From Verrucomicrobiota bacterium (GTDB taxonomy: Bacteria; Verrucomicrobiota; Verrucomicrobiia; Limisphaerales; CANJSG01): 64,000 bases of DNA. Position 1 is the stretch's first letter, and each line of letters begins with the position of its first letter. A program made the position numbers and the translations under genes. The notes under the pieces are model-generated. The model ran no database searches. It was given only the letters and a program-made list of their open reading frames with translations, and was not told where the DNA came from. The stretch spans positions 1,926 to 65,925 of the forward strand of contig CANJSG010000002.1 in assembly GCA_947476875.1 (NCBI GenBank), in the 5' to 3' direction. This document shows positions 10,448 through 19,395 of the stretch, piece by piece.

Positions 10448-10469
10448 CGCAGGGAGGCTGGACCGGAAC

Positions 10470-11459
10470 TCAGGGGACCTTCACCTGGTCGAGGACGTGT
10501 TGGACGATCGCCTCGCTCGTGACCTCGTCCGCCTCGGCCTCGAAGGTCGTGATGATGCGGTGGCGGAGGACGTCCATCGCGATGGCTTTCACGTCGTCCG
10601 GCGTGGCGAAGGCGCGGCCGGAGAGCAGCGCATGGGCCTTGGCCGCGAGGGCGAGGTTGATCGTGGCCCGGGGCGAACCGCCGAACCGGATCCGGCCCTC
10701 CATCTTCGGGGCGAACCGCTTCGGCTCACGCGTCGCGAACACCAGCTTCACGATGTAGTCGATCACGCGCTCGTCCATGTGGATCAGGTCGACCAACTCA
10801 CGCAGTTCGAGGATGACCTCGGGCTGGACGACGGCCTTCAGCTTCGGTTTGTCGCCGGTGCGCGCCATCAACCGGAGGATTTCCTTCTCCTCCGTCTCGG
10901 TCGGATACGTGACGACGACCTTCAGCATGAACCGGTCGACCTGCGCTTCGGGCAGGTTGTAGGTGCCCTCCTGCTCGATCGGATTCATCGTCGCAAGGAC
11001 GAGAAACGGCGCGGGCAGCGGGAAGGTTTCTTCACCGATGGTCACCTGCCGCTCGGCCATCGCTTCCAGCAAGGCAGACTGCACCTTGGCGGGGGCGCGG
11101 TTAATTTCATCGGCCAGGACGATATTCGCGAAGATGGGGCCCTTCTTGGTGAAGTAGGCGCCGTCCCTCGGGTTGTAGATGAGGTTGCCGACAAGGTCGC
11201 TCGGCAGGAGGTCGGGAGTGAACTGGATGCGCTGGAACTTCACGTTCAGGCAGGCGGCGAGGGCGTTGACCGTGGCGGTCTTGGCCAGGCCAGGCACGCC
11301 TTCGAGGAGCACATGCCCGTTGCCGAGCAGGCCGATGAGCAGCCGGTCGACAAGGTAGTGCTGGCCTATGATGACACGGGCGATTTCGGTCCGGATGGCC
11401 TGGAGCGACGGGGTGAAACGGTCGACCAACTGTTGCACGTCGGAGAGCTGGGACTTCAT
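10470..11459 (-). CDS. MoxR-family AAA+ ATPase
   Basis: 329 aa. Walker A GVPGLAKT, Walker B VLADEINRA, and the typical MoxR C-terminal region. Confidence 0.93.
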   Translation of the reverse strand: MKSQLSDVQQLVDRFTPSLQAIRTEIARVIIGQHYLVDRLLIGLLGNGHVLLEGVPGLAKTATVNALAACLNVKFQRIQFTPDLLPSDLVGNLIYNPRDGAYFTKKGPIFANIVLADEINRAPAKVQSALLEAMAERQVTIGEETFPLPAPFLVLATMNPIEQEGTYNLPEAQVDRFMLKVVVTYPTETEEKEILRLMARTGDKPKLKAVVQPEVILELRELVDLIHMDERVIDYIVKLVFATREPKRFAPKMEGRIRFGGSPRATINLALAAKAHALLSGRAFATPDDVKAIAMDVLRHRIITTFEAEADEVTSEAIVQHVLDQVKVP

Positions 11460-11571
11460 TGAAAGGTTATTTTCAGACGGGGCTTACGCCGGGAGATTCA
11501 GCCTGTTTTGATTTGCGAAGCAATCAGGAGCTTTCAACCCAGGCAGAATCCGACTCCACTCGGCCATCCAC

Positions 11572-13257
11572 ATGAAGACCTCCAGACGCCTTCTCGCGAG
11601 CCTGCTTTCCTGCGCCGCCGCGACTCTTCCCGTGCTCCACTTGCACGCGGCCGACTTCGACGTCGTCGTTTATGGCGGAACCTCGGCCGGAGTGATCGCG
11701 GCCGTCCAGGCGAAGAAAATGGGCAAGACCGTCGTCGTCGTCGGACCCGACAAACATCTCGGCGGCCTCTCGGCGGGCGGACTGGGATTCACCGACACGG
11801 GCAACAAGGCCGTCATCGGCGGGCTGTCGCGGGACTTCTACCACCGCGTCTGGGCCCACTACGACCAGCCGATCGCGTGGACGTGGCAGAAAAAGGATCA
11901 ATATGGCAACAAGGGCCAAGGGACTCCGGCCATCGACGGCGCGCAGCGCACGATGTGGATCTTCGAACCGCACGTCGCCGAAAAGGTCTTCGAGGATTAC
12001 GTGAAGGAGAACCAGATCCCGGTGCACCGTGACGAGTGGCTGGACCGGGCCAAGGGCGTGAAGAAAAACGGCGCCCGGATAGCCTCGATCACGATGCTCA
12101 GCGGCAAGACCTACACCGGGAAGATGTTCATCGACGCCACCTACGAGGGCGACCTGATGGCCGCGTCCGGAGTCGATTACCACGTCGGCCGCGAGGCCAA
12201 TTCCGTCTACGGCGAGCAATGGAACGGCGTGCAGGTCGGCGTGCTTCATCACCGGCACCACTTCGGGGCGGTCACCAGCCCGATCAGCCCCTACGTCATT
12301 CCCGGCGACCCGAAGAGCGGCGTGCTTCCGCGCATCAGCACGAACCATCCCGGCGTCTACGGCGCGGGCGATACCAAGGTCCAGGCCTACTGCTACCGCT
12401 ACTGCGTGACCGACGTGCCGGAGAACCGCATCCCTTTCCCGCGTCCCGACGGCTATGATCCGAAACAATACGAACTGCTCGTCCGCGTCTACGATGCCGG
12501 CTGGAAGGAGACGTTCGGAAAGTTCGATCCCATCCCGAACCACAAGACCGACTCGAACAACCACGGCCCCTTCAGCTCGGACAACATCGGCTTCAACTAC
12601 GACTACCCCGAGGCCAGCTACGAACGGCGCCGCGAGATCCTGCGCGAACACGAGACCTACCAGAAGGGCTGGCTCTACTTCATCGCCAACGACCCGCGCA
12701 TTCCGAAGGACGTCCAGGCCGCGATGCAGAAGTGGGGATTGCCGAAGGATGAGTTCAAGGACAACGGCGGCTGGCCGCACCAGATCTACGTCCGGGAAGC
12801 GCGCCGCATGGTCGGCCACTACGTCATGACCGAGAACGAACTGCTCAAGAAACGGCCCACACCGCACTCCGTCGGCATGGGCAGCTACACCATCGATTCC
12901 CACAACGTGCAGCGCTACATCACGCCCGAGGGCCATGTGCAGAACGAGGGCGACATCGGGGCACCCACCATGGGCCCCTACGAGATCGCCTATGGATCGC
13001 TCGTCCCGAAGAAAGGCCAGGCCGACAACCTTTTCGTGCCCGTCTGCGTCAGCAGTTCCCACATCGCCTTCGGCAGCATCCGCATGGAGCCCGTCTTCAT
13101 GATCCTCGGCCAATCCGCCGCCACCGCCGCCGTCATGGCCATGGACTCGGGGATCGCCGTGCAGGACGTGCCTTCCGCCAAACTCCGCGAACACTTGCTG
13201 AAGGACGGCCAGATCCTCGAACTGCCCGCGCCTGCTCCCAAGGCCAAGAAGAAGTAG
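11572..13257 (+). CDS. Exported FAD-dependent oxidoreductase (FAD_oxidored family)
   Basis: Has a signal peptide, then DVVVYGGTSAGVIAAVQAKKMG (dinucleotide-binding GxGxxG-like) and HLGGLSAGGLGFTD. Confidence 0.8.
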   Translation: MKTSRRLLASLLSCAAATLPVLHLHAADFDVVVYGGTSAGVIAAVQAKKMGKTVVVVGPDKHLGGLSAGGLGFTDTGNKAVIGGLSRDFYHRVWAHYDQPIAWTWQKKDQYGNKGQGTPAIDGAQRTMWIFEPHVAEKVFEDYVKENQIPVHRDEWLDRAKGVKKNGARIASITMLSGKTYTGKMFIDATYEGDLMAASGVDYHVGREANSVYGEQWNGVQVGVLHHRHHFGAVTSPISPYVIPGDPKSGVLPRISTNHPGVYGAGDTKVQAYCYRYCVTDVPENRIPFPRPDGYDPKQYELLVRVYDAGWKETFGKFDPIPNHKTDSNNHGPFSSDNIGFNYDYPEASYERRREILREHETYQKGWLYFIANDPRIPKDVQAAMQKWGLPKDEFKDNGGWPHQIYVREARRMVGHYVMTENELLKKRPTPHSVGMGSYTIDSHNVQRYITPEGHVQNEGDIGAPTMGPYEIAYGSLVPKKGQADNLFVPVCVSSSHIAFGSIRMEPVFMILGQSAATAAVMAMDSGIAVQDVPSAKLREHLLKDGQILELPAPAPKAKKK

Positions 13258-13315
13258 CCGCGGACGCGAGGAGGCGGAGGCCTCCGGTGCTCGGAATCCG
13301 GGTTGGAAACGCTTT

Positions 13316-14338
13316 CTAACGAACGCCGCCGCCCAGTCGTCCTCCGATCTCGGCGAGGGCCCACGTCGCGTGTTCCGCGATCAACGGCTCCGGATCGGCC
13401 GCGGCCTTCTCCAACGCCGGCAAAGCTTCGACGCCGCCGATATTGCCCAACACGACACAGACGTTGCGCAGCAGGCCGCGACGTTTCGTCCTAAGGATGG
13501 GTGAGCCGGCGAACCGTTTCTTGAACCCGGCATCATCCAACGTGAGCAGTTCCAACAGATCCGGCTGATCCAGATCCGCGCGGGTGGACGCCTTCATCAA
13601 ACTGGCCTCGCGGGCGAAGCGGTTCCACGGACACGCCGCCAGACAATCATCGCAGCCGTAGACGTGGTTGCCGATGAGTGGGCGCAGTTCGACTGGGATG
13701 GAACCCTTCAGCTCGATGGTCAGGTAGGAAATGCAGCGGCGCGCATCGAGCGTGAACGGCGCGGGCAAGGCGTTCGTCGGGCAGGCGGTCAGGCACTTCG
13801 TGCAGGAGCCGCAACGATTCTTCTCCGGCACGTCGGGTTCGAGCGCGAGCGTCGTGATGATCTCGGAGAGGAGGAACCAGTTGCCGAGCGAACGACTGAT
13901 CAGATTCGTATGCTTGCCCACGAAACCCAGGCCAGCGCGTTGGGCCAGGTCGCGCTCCAGCAACGGCCCGGTGTCCACATACCACAGCGAGCGTCCGCCA
14001 GCGCCCGCCAGGCCGTCGATCACGGCCGTCAACGCCTTCAACCGTTCGGCGAGCACGTCGTGGTAGTCGTCGAAACGCGCATAGCGGGCGATCGCACCCG
14101 AAGACCCTTCTGCCCGGTGGTAGCTCGCGGCGAGACAGACGATGCTGCGGGCACCGGGCAGAACCAGTTGGGGATCGATTCGTTTCGGGGCATTGCGCGC
14201 GAGCCACTGCATCTCGCCGTTGCGCCCGTCGGCCAGCCATTGTTCGAAGGCTTCGGCGTGGTCGGGACGGACCGCGCCCGTGACGAAGCAGGCGTCGAAG
14301 CCCAGTGCGGCGGCCTTCTGGCGAATGAGTTCCTTCAC
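13316..14338 (-). CDS. queG: tRNA epoxyqueuosine(34) reductase
   Basis: 340 aa. Ferredoxin-type clusters CGSCTKCLTACPTNAL and CDDCLAACPWN, plus a C-terminal HEAT-like region. Confidence 0.85.
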   Translation of the reverse strand: MKELIRQKAAALGFDACFVTGAVRPDHAEAFEQWLADGRNGEMQWLARNAPKRIDPQLVLPGARSIVCLAASYHRAEGSSGAIARYARFDDYHDVLAERLKALTAVIDGLAGAGGRSLWYVDTGPLLERDLAQRAGLGFVGKHTNLISRSLGNWFLLSEIITTLALEPDVPEKNRCGSCTKCLTACPTNALPAPFTLDARRCISYLTIELKGSIPVELRPLIGNHVYGCDDCLAACPWNRFAREASLMKASTRADLDQPDLLELLTLDDAGFKKRFAGSPILRTKRRGLLRNVCVVLGNIGGVEALPALEKAAADPEPLIAEHATWALAEIGGRLGGGVR

Positions 14339-14341
14339 GGC

Positions 14342-14890
14342 TCAGGCCGGTTCCGCCGCCGGCTTCCGCATGGCGTTGAACTGATGCACGATGTGCTGGG
14401 CAATCTCCCGGGCGCTGCGGTGTTCCACACCCACGAGCACGTCCGCCTGGCGGTAGGCCGACTCCCGCTGGGCGAGCATCTCGCGGATCCTGGCCAGCGG
14501 ATCGGGCGTCTGCAGCAGCGGACGATGCGACTGGTAGCGGACCCGCTCGTAGATCGTTTCGGGCGTGGCCCAGAGGCACACGATCATCGCGTGCTGGCGG
14601 AGGTCGGCGAAGTTCTCGGGATCCACGATCAGGCCGCCGCCCGTCGAGATGATCAGGTGGTTCCGCTCGGCGAGGCTCTGGACGAGACGCCGTTCCATCC
14701 CCCGGAAGACCGGCTCGCCGTGCTCGGCGAAGATCTGGCGCACGTTCCGGCCGGCCTCGCGTTCGATGCGCTCGTCGGTGTCGAGGAAGTCGAACCGGAG
14801 CTGCTCGGCCAGGATCCGCCCCACGGTGCTCTTGCCCACACCCATGAAGCCGACGAGGGCCAGATTTTTGATGTCGCGCGACGCCGCCAT
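14342..14890 (-). CDS. aroK: Shikimate kinase
   Basis: 182 aa. Walker A GFMGVGKST, then FLDTD and STGGG motifs. Confidence 0.88.
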   Translation of the reverse strand: MAASRDIKNLALVGFMGVGKSTVGRILAEQLRFDFLDTDERIEREAGRNVRQIFAEHGEPVFRGMERRLVQSLAERNHLIISTGGGLIVDPENFADLRQHAMIVCLWATPETIYERVRYQSHRPLLQTPDPLARIREMLAQRESAYRQADVLVGVEHRSAREIAQHIVHQFNAMRKPAAEPA

Positions 14891-14944
14891 TCGCCAAGTC
14901 GTAACCCACGCGCGAAGCAGGCGGAAGACCGAATGCAGGTGGGT

Positions 14945-15406
14945 TCAGTTCTTATCGGCCGACCGCTCGGACAAGGACAGGTCGACGGCTTCGGTTTTCC
15001 TTCGGACGCGCCCGTGGCGGCTCGTTGGAAGACCGGTCGGTGTCGCCGCGAAGAAAACAGCCAGCGTCAGCGCGAGCGACACCTCGAACATGGTTTTGTG
15101 AGCGAGATCCCGTCCTAGATGGAGTTCGCTGACGATTTGTTGGGGCGTGCCCGTCTGTTCGCCCGTCACGATTCGTTCTACGAGGCCTTCGGCGCGATCC
15201 AGTGGATTCAGTCCGGAGAAACCGTGGAGGAAGGCGGTCAAAACGAGCAAGACGAGCCCGATGGCCTTCACGCTGCGGTAGCGCGGCCAAATCAGATTCA
15301 CGGCCAAGCATGCCGCCGGGAATACCATCCAAGTCCAAGTTATGGATGCACCTTCGCTCATGTCGGTCTGACAGTGTCGCGGATCATCCATTGAGTCGAA
15401 CGCCAA
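14945..15406 (-). CDS. Hypothetical multi-pass membrane protein
   Basis: 153 aa with about three hydrophobic segments. The start is ambiguous (15406, or 15361 at MSEGAS). No family recognised. Confidence 0.5.
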   Translation of the reverse strand: MAFDSMDDPRHCQTDMSEGASITWTWMVFPAACLAVNLIWPRYRSVKAIGLVLLVLTAFLHGFSGLNPLDRAEGLVERIVTGEQTGTPQQIVSELHLGRDLAHKTMFEVSLALTLAVFFAATPTGLPTSRHGRVRRKTEAVDLSLSERSADKN

Positions 15407-15496
15407 ACCGTCCCCGCTTCCTCTCCTTCAGCGACTTTCCTCCCAGCCGATTGAGTTGACGATGGAACGGCTCCGCCCGTCTTCTCTCCACCAGCA

Positions 15497-16996
15497 ATGA
15501 CCGCCACGATCTCTGAACTGATGACGCGCACCGGGGTGAAATTCGGCACCAGCGGCGCGCGCGGACTCGCCACGCAGCTGACCGACCTCGTCGCCTACAG
15601 CTACACCAAGGGCTTCCTCCAATATCTCCGCGAATGCGGCGACCTCCCGGCCACCGCCCGCGAAGTGGCCTTCGGCGGCGACTTCCGGCCGAGCACGGAC
15701 CGCATCATGAACGCCGCGATGAAGGCCGCCGAGGATCTCGGCTACGCCGCCATCAACTGCGGCAAGGTGCCTTCGCCCGCGCTGGCGTTGCTCGGACTGG
15801 AGAAGGGCATTCCCGCCGTCATGGTCACGGGCAGCCACATTCCCTTCGACCGGAACGGCATCAAGTTCAACAAGTGCGCCGGTGAAGTGCTGAAGGAGGA
15901 CGAGGCCGGGATCACCCGCCAAGTCGTCGAGCTGCCGGACGGGTTGTTCGATGCGAACGGTGGGTTCGCCTCCGCCGCGATTCCGTCGCGTCCCGTCGCC
16001 ACGGCCGCCGTCGAAGCCTACGTGGCGCGGTATCTCAATTTCTTCCCGAAGGATTGCCTGAAGGGGCTGAAGCTCGGGGTGTATCAGCATTCCGCCGTGG
16101 CCCGCGACGTGATGGTGCAGATCCTTTCGGGCCTTGGCGCCGACGTGACGCCGCTGGGGCGCTCGGAGACGTTCATCCCGGTCGATACCGAGGCCATCCG
16201 GCCCGAGGACGTCGCGCTCGCCGCGCAATGGTCGAAGGAGCATGCGTTCGACTCCATCGTCTCCGCCGACGGCGACAGCGACCGGCCGCTCATCAGCGAC
16301 GAACACGGCCGCTGGATTCGTGGCGATGTGGCGGGCGTGCTCTGCGCGAAGTTCCTCGGGGCCGATTCCGTCAGCACGCCGGTCAGCTGCAACGGCGCCG
16401 TCGATCTGAGCGGATGGTTCGGCGAAGTGAAGCGGACGAAGATCGGTTCGCCCTTCGTCGTGTCGTCGATGCTCGACGCTTCCAAACGCGGCAAAACCTG
16501 CGTCGTCGGCTACGAAGCCAACGGCGGGTTCCTGCTCAACTCCCCCGTCAGCCGCGATGGCCGGACGCTCCGGCAGTTGCCCACACGCGACGCGGCCATC
16601 GTCCACATCGGGTTGCTGCTCCTCGCCCGGCGCGAAGGCAAAACGCTTGCCCAGCTCGTGGCCACGCTTCCGCCGCGCTACACCGCGAGCGGGTTGCTGA
16701 AGAATTGTCCTGTGGAGAAAAGCGCCGCCATCCTCGAGCGCTTCACCACCGGCGACGATGCGAAGGACCACGCCCAGCTTGTCGCGGCGTTCGGATTGTT
16801 GGTCGGTGGCTCGGGTGTGCAGGCCGTCAACCGCACCGACGGCGTCCGCGTGACCTTCGCCAACGGCGAGATCATCCACCTCCGTCCGTCGGGCAATGCG
16901 CCGGAGTTCCGCTGCTACACGGAGGCCTCGGGCGAGACCCGCACGCAGGAGCTGAACGACGCGGCCATGGCCAAGGTCGCGGAGATGGCGGGCTGA
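15497..16996 (+). CDS. Alpha-D-phosphohexomutase (phosphomannomutase/phosphoglucomutase family)
   Basis: 499 aa. Phosphoserine loop TGSHIPFDRNG and metal loop SADGDSDRP. Confidence 0.85.
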   Translation: MTATISELMTRTGVKFGTSGARGLATQLTDLVAYSYTKGFLQYLRECGDLPATAREVAFGGDFRPSTDRIMNAAMKAAEDLGYAAINCGKVPSPALALLGLEKGIPAVMVTGSHIPFDRNGIKFNKCAGEVLKEDEAGITRQVVELPDGLFDANGGFASAAIPSRPVATAAVEAYVARYLNFFPKDCLKGLKLGVYQHSAVARDVMVQILSGLGADVTPLGRSETFIPVDTEAIRPEDVALAAQWSKEHAFDSIVSADGDSDRPLISDEHGRWIRGDVAGVLCAKFLGADSVSTPVSCNGAVDLSGWFGEVKRTKIGSPFVVSSMLDASKRGKTCVVGYEANGGFLLNSPVSRDGRTLRQLPTRDAAIVHIGLLLLARREGKTLAQLVATLPPRYTASGLLKNCPVEKSAAILERFTTGDDAKDHAQLVAAFGLLVGGSGVQAVNRTDGVRVTFANGEIIHLRPSGNAPEFRCYTEASGETRTQELNDAAMAKVAEMAG

Positions 16997-17065
16997 CCGG
17001 TTTACAGCCGGGTTCGGACAAGGTTTGCGTTGCCGAATCGCAACGCACGTTTCTAACTTCCGGCC

Positions 17066-17755
17066 ATGTATTCACCGGCGGACCTCTTCACCCTCTCGGA
17101 GACCGAACACGGACGCCTTTTCGCGGGACTGGAGTATTCGTGGGACGCGCTGAAGCGGCTGAAGGACTACCTCAATCTCAACCTCCGGCCCGGACTGAAC
17201 AACAAGTGCGAAGGCCGCGCCTACATCGGCAAGGAGGTCTACATCGGCGAAGGCACCGTGGTGGAAGACGGCGCCATGATCAAAGGCCCGGCTTGGATCG
17301 GGAAGAACTGCGAGATCCGGCACGGCGCCTACATCCGCGAGAACGTCATCATCGGCGACGACTGCGTGGTCGGGAACTGCTGCGAGCTGAAGAACTCGAT
17401 CCTCTTCAACGAGGCCGCCGTCCCGCACTTCAACTACGTCGGCGATTCCATCCTCGGCCACCGGGCCCACCTCGGCGCCGGCGTGAAGATCTCGAACATC
17501 AAGCTGACCAAGGGAAACATCTTCCTGGACAAGGACGGACTGCCGCTCGACACGGGCCTGCGGAAGTTCGGGGCGCTCGTCGGCGACGGCGCGGAAGTCG
17601 GCTGCAACGCGGTGCTCAATCCCGGCAGCGTCCTTGGGCGCGGGTCCTTGGTCTATCCGAACGTCTCGTGGCGCGGGGTTCTTCCCCACCACATGATCGC
17701 CAAGAATCCGACCCCGCATCACGTCGTCATGATGCGTCCACGCGAGACGGACTGA
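17066..17755 (+). CDS. Left-handed beta-helix (hexapeptide-repeat) transferase, GlmU C-terminal-like
   Basis: 229 aa. Repeated [LIV]G-x4 hexapeptides (IGEGTVVEDGAMI, IGKNCEIRHGAYI, IGDDCVVGNCCEL, LGAGVKISN). Confidence 0.65.
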   Translation: MYSPADLFTLSETEHGRLFAGLEYSWDALKRLKDYLNLNLRPGLNNKCEGRAYIGKEVYIGEGTVVEDGAMIKGPAWIGKNCEIRHGAYIRENVIIGDDCVVGNCCELKNSILFNEAAVPHFNYVGDSILGHRAHLGAGVKISNIKLTKGNIFLDKDGLPLDTGLRKFGALVGDGAEVGCNAVLNPGSVLGRGSLVYPNVSWRGVLPHHMIAKNPTPHHVVMMRPRETD

Positions 17756-17818
17756 CCGGATGCCTCGAAAAGTGTTCGGCCACTTGTAGACCATTCTCCG
17801 CGCACCTATTGTCCGACA

Positions 17819-18949
17819 GTGATTCGGAACATCATCTTCGACTGGTCGGGCACTCTGGTGGACGACCTGCCGGCTGTCTGGCGCGCGTCGAACCACTGCT
17901 TCGTCCAGGCCGGGATTCCTGAGATCACGCTCGAACAGTTCCGCGCGGAATTCGTCCTTCCGTTCAAGGGATTCTACGACCGCTACCTGCCGCTCGTCCC
18001 GATGGAGCAGCTCGAGGAATGGTTCCACGGGCACTTCAAGCTCGCCCAGGACAGCGTGGTGGCGCTGCCGTTCGCGCGGGACTTCCTCGAATTCTGCCGG
18101 GCCCATGGCATCCGGACCTTTCTCCTGAGCACGGTGCATCCGGACCACTACGAGGTGCAGGCGCGCAACTCCGGATTTGGTCCATTCATCGACAAGCCCT
18201 ACGTCCGCGTGGCCGACAAGCGGACGAAAATCGGGGAGATCCTTTCCGAGAACGGCCTGCATCCCGCCGAGACGCTCTTCATCGGGGACATGCAGCACGA
18301 CATCGAAACCGCGCGCCACGGCGGGGTGCATTCGTGTGCCGTCCTCACCGGCTACAACCGTCTCGAACAACTCCGCGCCAGCGAACCCGACCTGATCGTC
18401 GAACACCTCGGCGAGCTGCGCGACATCCTGGAACGCCATCGCTTCCGGCTGACTCCTGCCATTCACACGAATGGTCGCGCCGCTTCCGGACACATGCCGA
18501 TCTCCACCGTCGGGGCGGCCATCTTCAACGACGCCGGCCAGCTTCTCATGATCCAGACCCAGAAATGGTCGGGCATGTGGGGCATTCCCGGCGGCAAGAT
18601 CAAGTGGGGCGAGGCCAGCGAAACGGCGTTGCGCCGGGAGATCCTGGAGGAGACGAACCTCACCGTGGACGAGATCCGGTTCGTCATGGTCCACGACTGC
18701 ATCCACTCGAAGGAGTTCTACCGCGACGCCCATTTCCTCCTGCTCAACTACACCTGCCGCGCCCACGGCGTGCAGCCGGTCCGGCTCAACGAGGAGGCGC
18801 AGGACTTCCGTTGGTTGAGCCTCGACGATGCTTTCAAGCTCCCCCTGAACACCCCCACGCGCGTGCTTTTGGAGGAGATCCGATCCCGCGAGGCGGGGCC
18901 AGCCGCGCTGCAGCTGGCTCGGACCCGCAGCGCGGGTCCGACTACCTGA
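17819..18949 (+). CDS. HAD-superfamily phosphatase fused to a NUDIX hydrolase domain
   Basis: GTG start. The N-terminal HAD motif I is IIFDWSGTLVDD, where the second Asp is replaced by Ser. GDMQHDIE is motif IV. The C-terminal Nudix box is GGKIKWGEASETALRREILEETNL. Confidence 0.8.
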   Translation: MIRNIIFDWSGTLVDDLPAVWRASNHCFVQAGIPEITLEQFRAEFVLPFKGFYDRYLPLVPMEQLEEWFHGHFKLAQDSVVALPFARDFLEFCRAHGIRTFLLSTVHPDHYEVQARNSGFGPFIDKPYVRVADKRTKIGEILSENGLHPAETLFIGDMQHDIETARHGGVHSCAVLTGYNRLEQLRASEPDLIVEHLGELRDILERHRFRLTPAIHTNGRAASGHMPISTVGAAIFNDAGQLLMIQTQKWSGMWGIPGGKIKWGEASETALRREILEETNLTVDEIRFVMVHDCIHSKEFYRDAHFLLLNYTCRAHGVQPVRLNEEAQDFRWLSLDDAFKLPLNTPTRVLLEEIRSREAGPAALQLARTRSAGPTT

Positions 18950-18954
18950 CGACC

Positions 18955-19302
18955 ATGGACACCATCACCATCCAGGACCTCGAGGTCCGCTACCACATCG
19001 GCGTTCCCGACGAGGAACGCGTCCATCCCCAGCGTTTGCTGCTTACAATCGTCATGGAGCACGATGTCCGCCGCGCGGCTGCGGGCGACGATCTGACCCA
19101 CACGATCAACTACTACGCCGTCAGCCAACGCCTGTTGAAGCTCGGCGACGGCCGGAGCTGGAAACTGCTCGAAACCCTCGTCGAGGAAATTGCCGGCATC
19201 GTTCTCCGTGAATTCATGGCATCGGCTGTCACCGTCGAGGTGAAGAAGTTCATCATCCCCGAAGCCAAGCATGTCGCGGTGTCCATCCGCCGACAGGGTT
19301 GA
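18955..19302 (+). CDS. folB: Dihydroneopterin aldolase
   Basis: 115 aa starting at ATG 18955 (MDTITIQDLEVRYHIGVPDEER ... TINYYAVSQRL), a FolB-like pattern. The track ORF 18019-19302 is an out-of-context extension. Confidence 0.75.
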   Translation: MDTITIQDLEVRYHIGVPDEERVHPQRLLLTIVMEHDVRRAAAGDDLTHTINYYAVSQRLLKLGDGRSWKLLETLVEEIAGIVLREFMASAVTVEVKKFIIPEAKHVAVSIRRQG

Positions 19303-19395
19303 TCACTTCCGCCTGATTCGGCCATCCATGGGGGTGCTTCATCGCGCTGGCCGCTTCTTGCGACCCCGGCTGACGTCCGCCACACTCTGCCGCTC

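Noticed and set aside
11524-13194. 556-aa minus-strand ORF
   Set aside because: Antisense shadow of the FAD-dependent oxidoreductase gene. The plus strand has the signal peptide and the dinucleotide-binding motif. The composition is Gly/Asp/His/Val/Arg-rich with no recognisable domain.
13647-14909. 420-aa minus-strand ORF, and 13664-15118, a 484-aa plus-strand ORF
   Set aside because: Alternative-frame or antisense shadows of queG and aroK. The real genes are identified by Fe-S and Walker A motifs.
16054-17922. 622-aa plus-strand ORF (and its counterpart 17072-18766 on the minus strand)
   Set aside because: Out-of-frame or antisense reads through the phosphohexomutase, LbH and HAD-NUDIX genes. 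They are extremely Arg/Pro/Gly-rich with no motifs.
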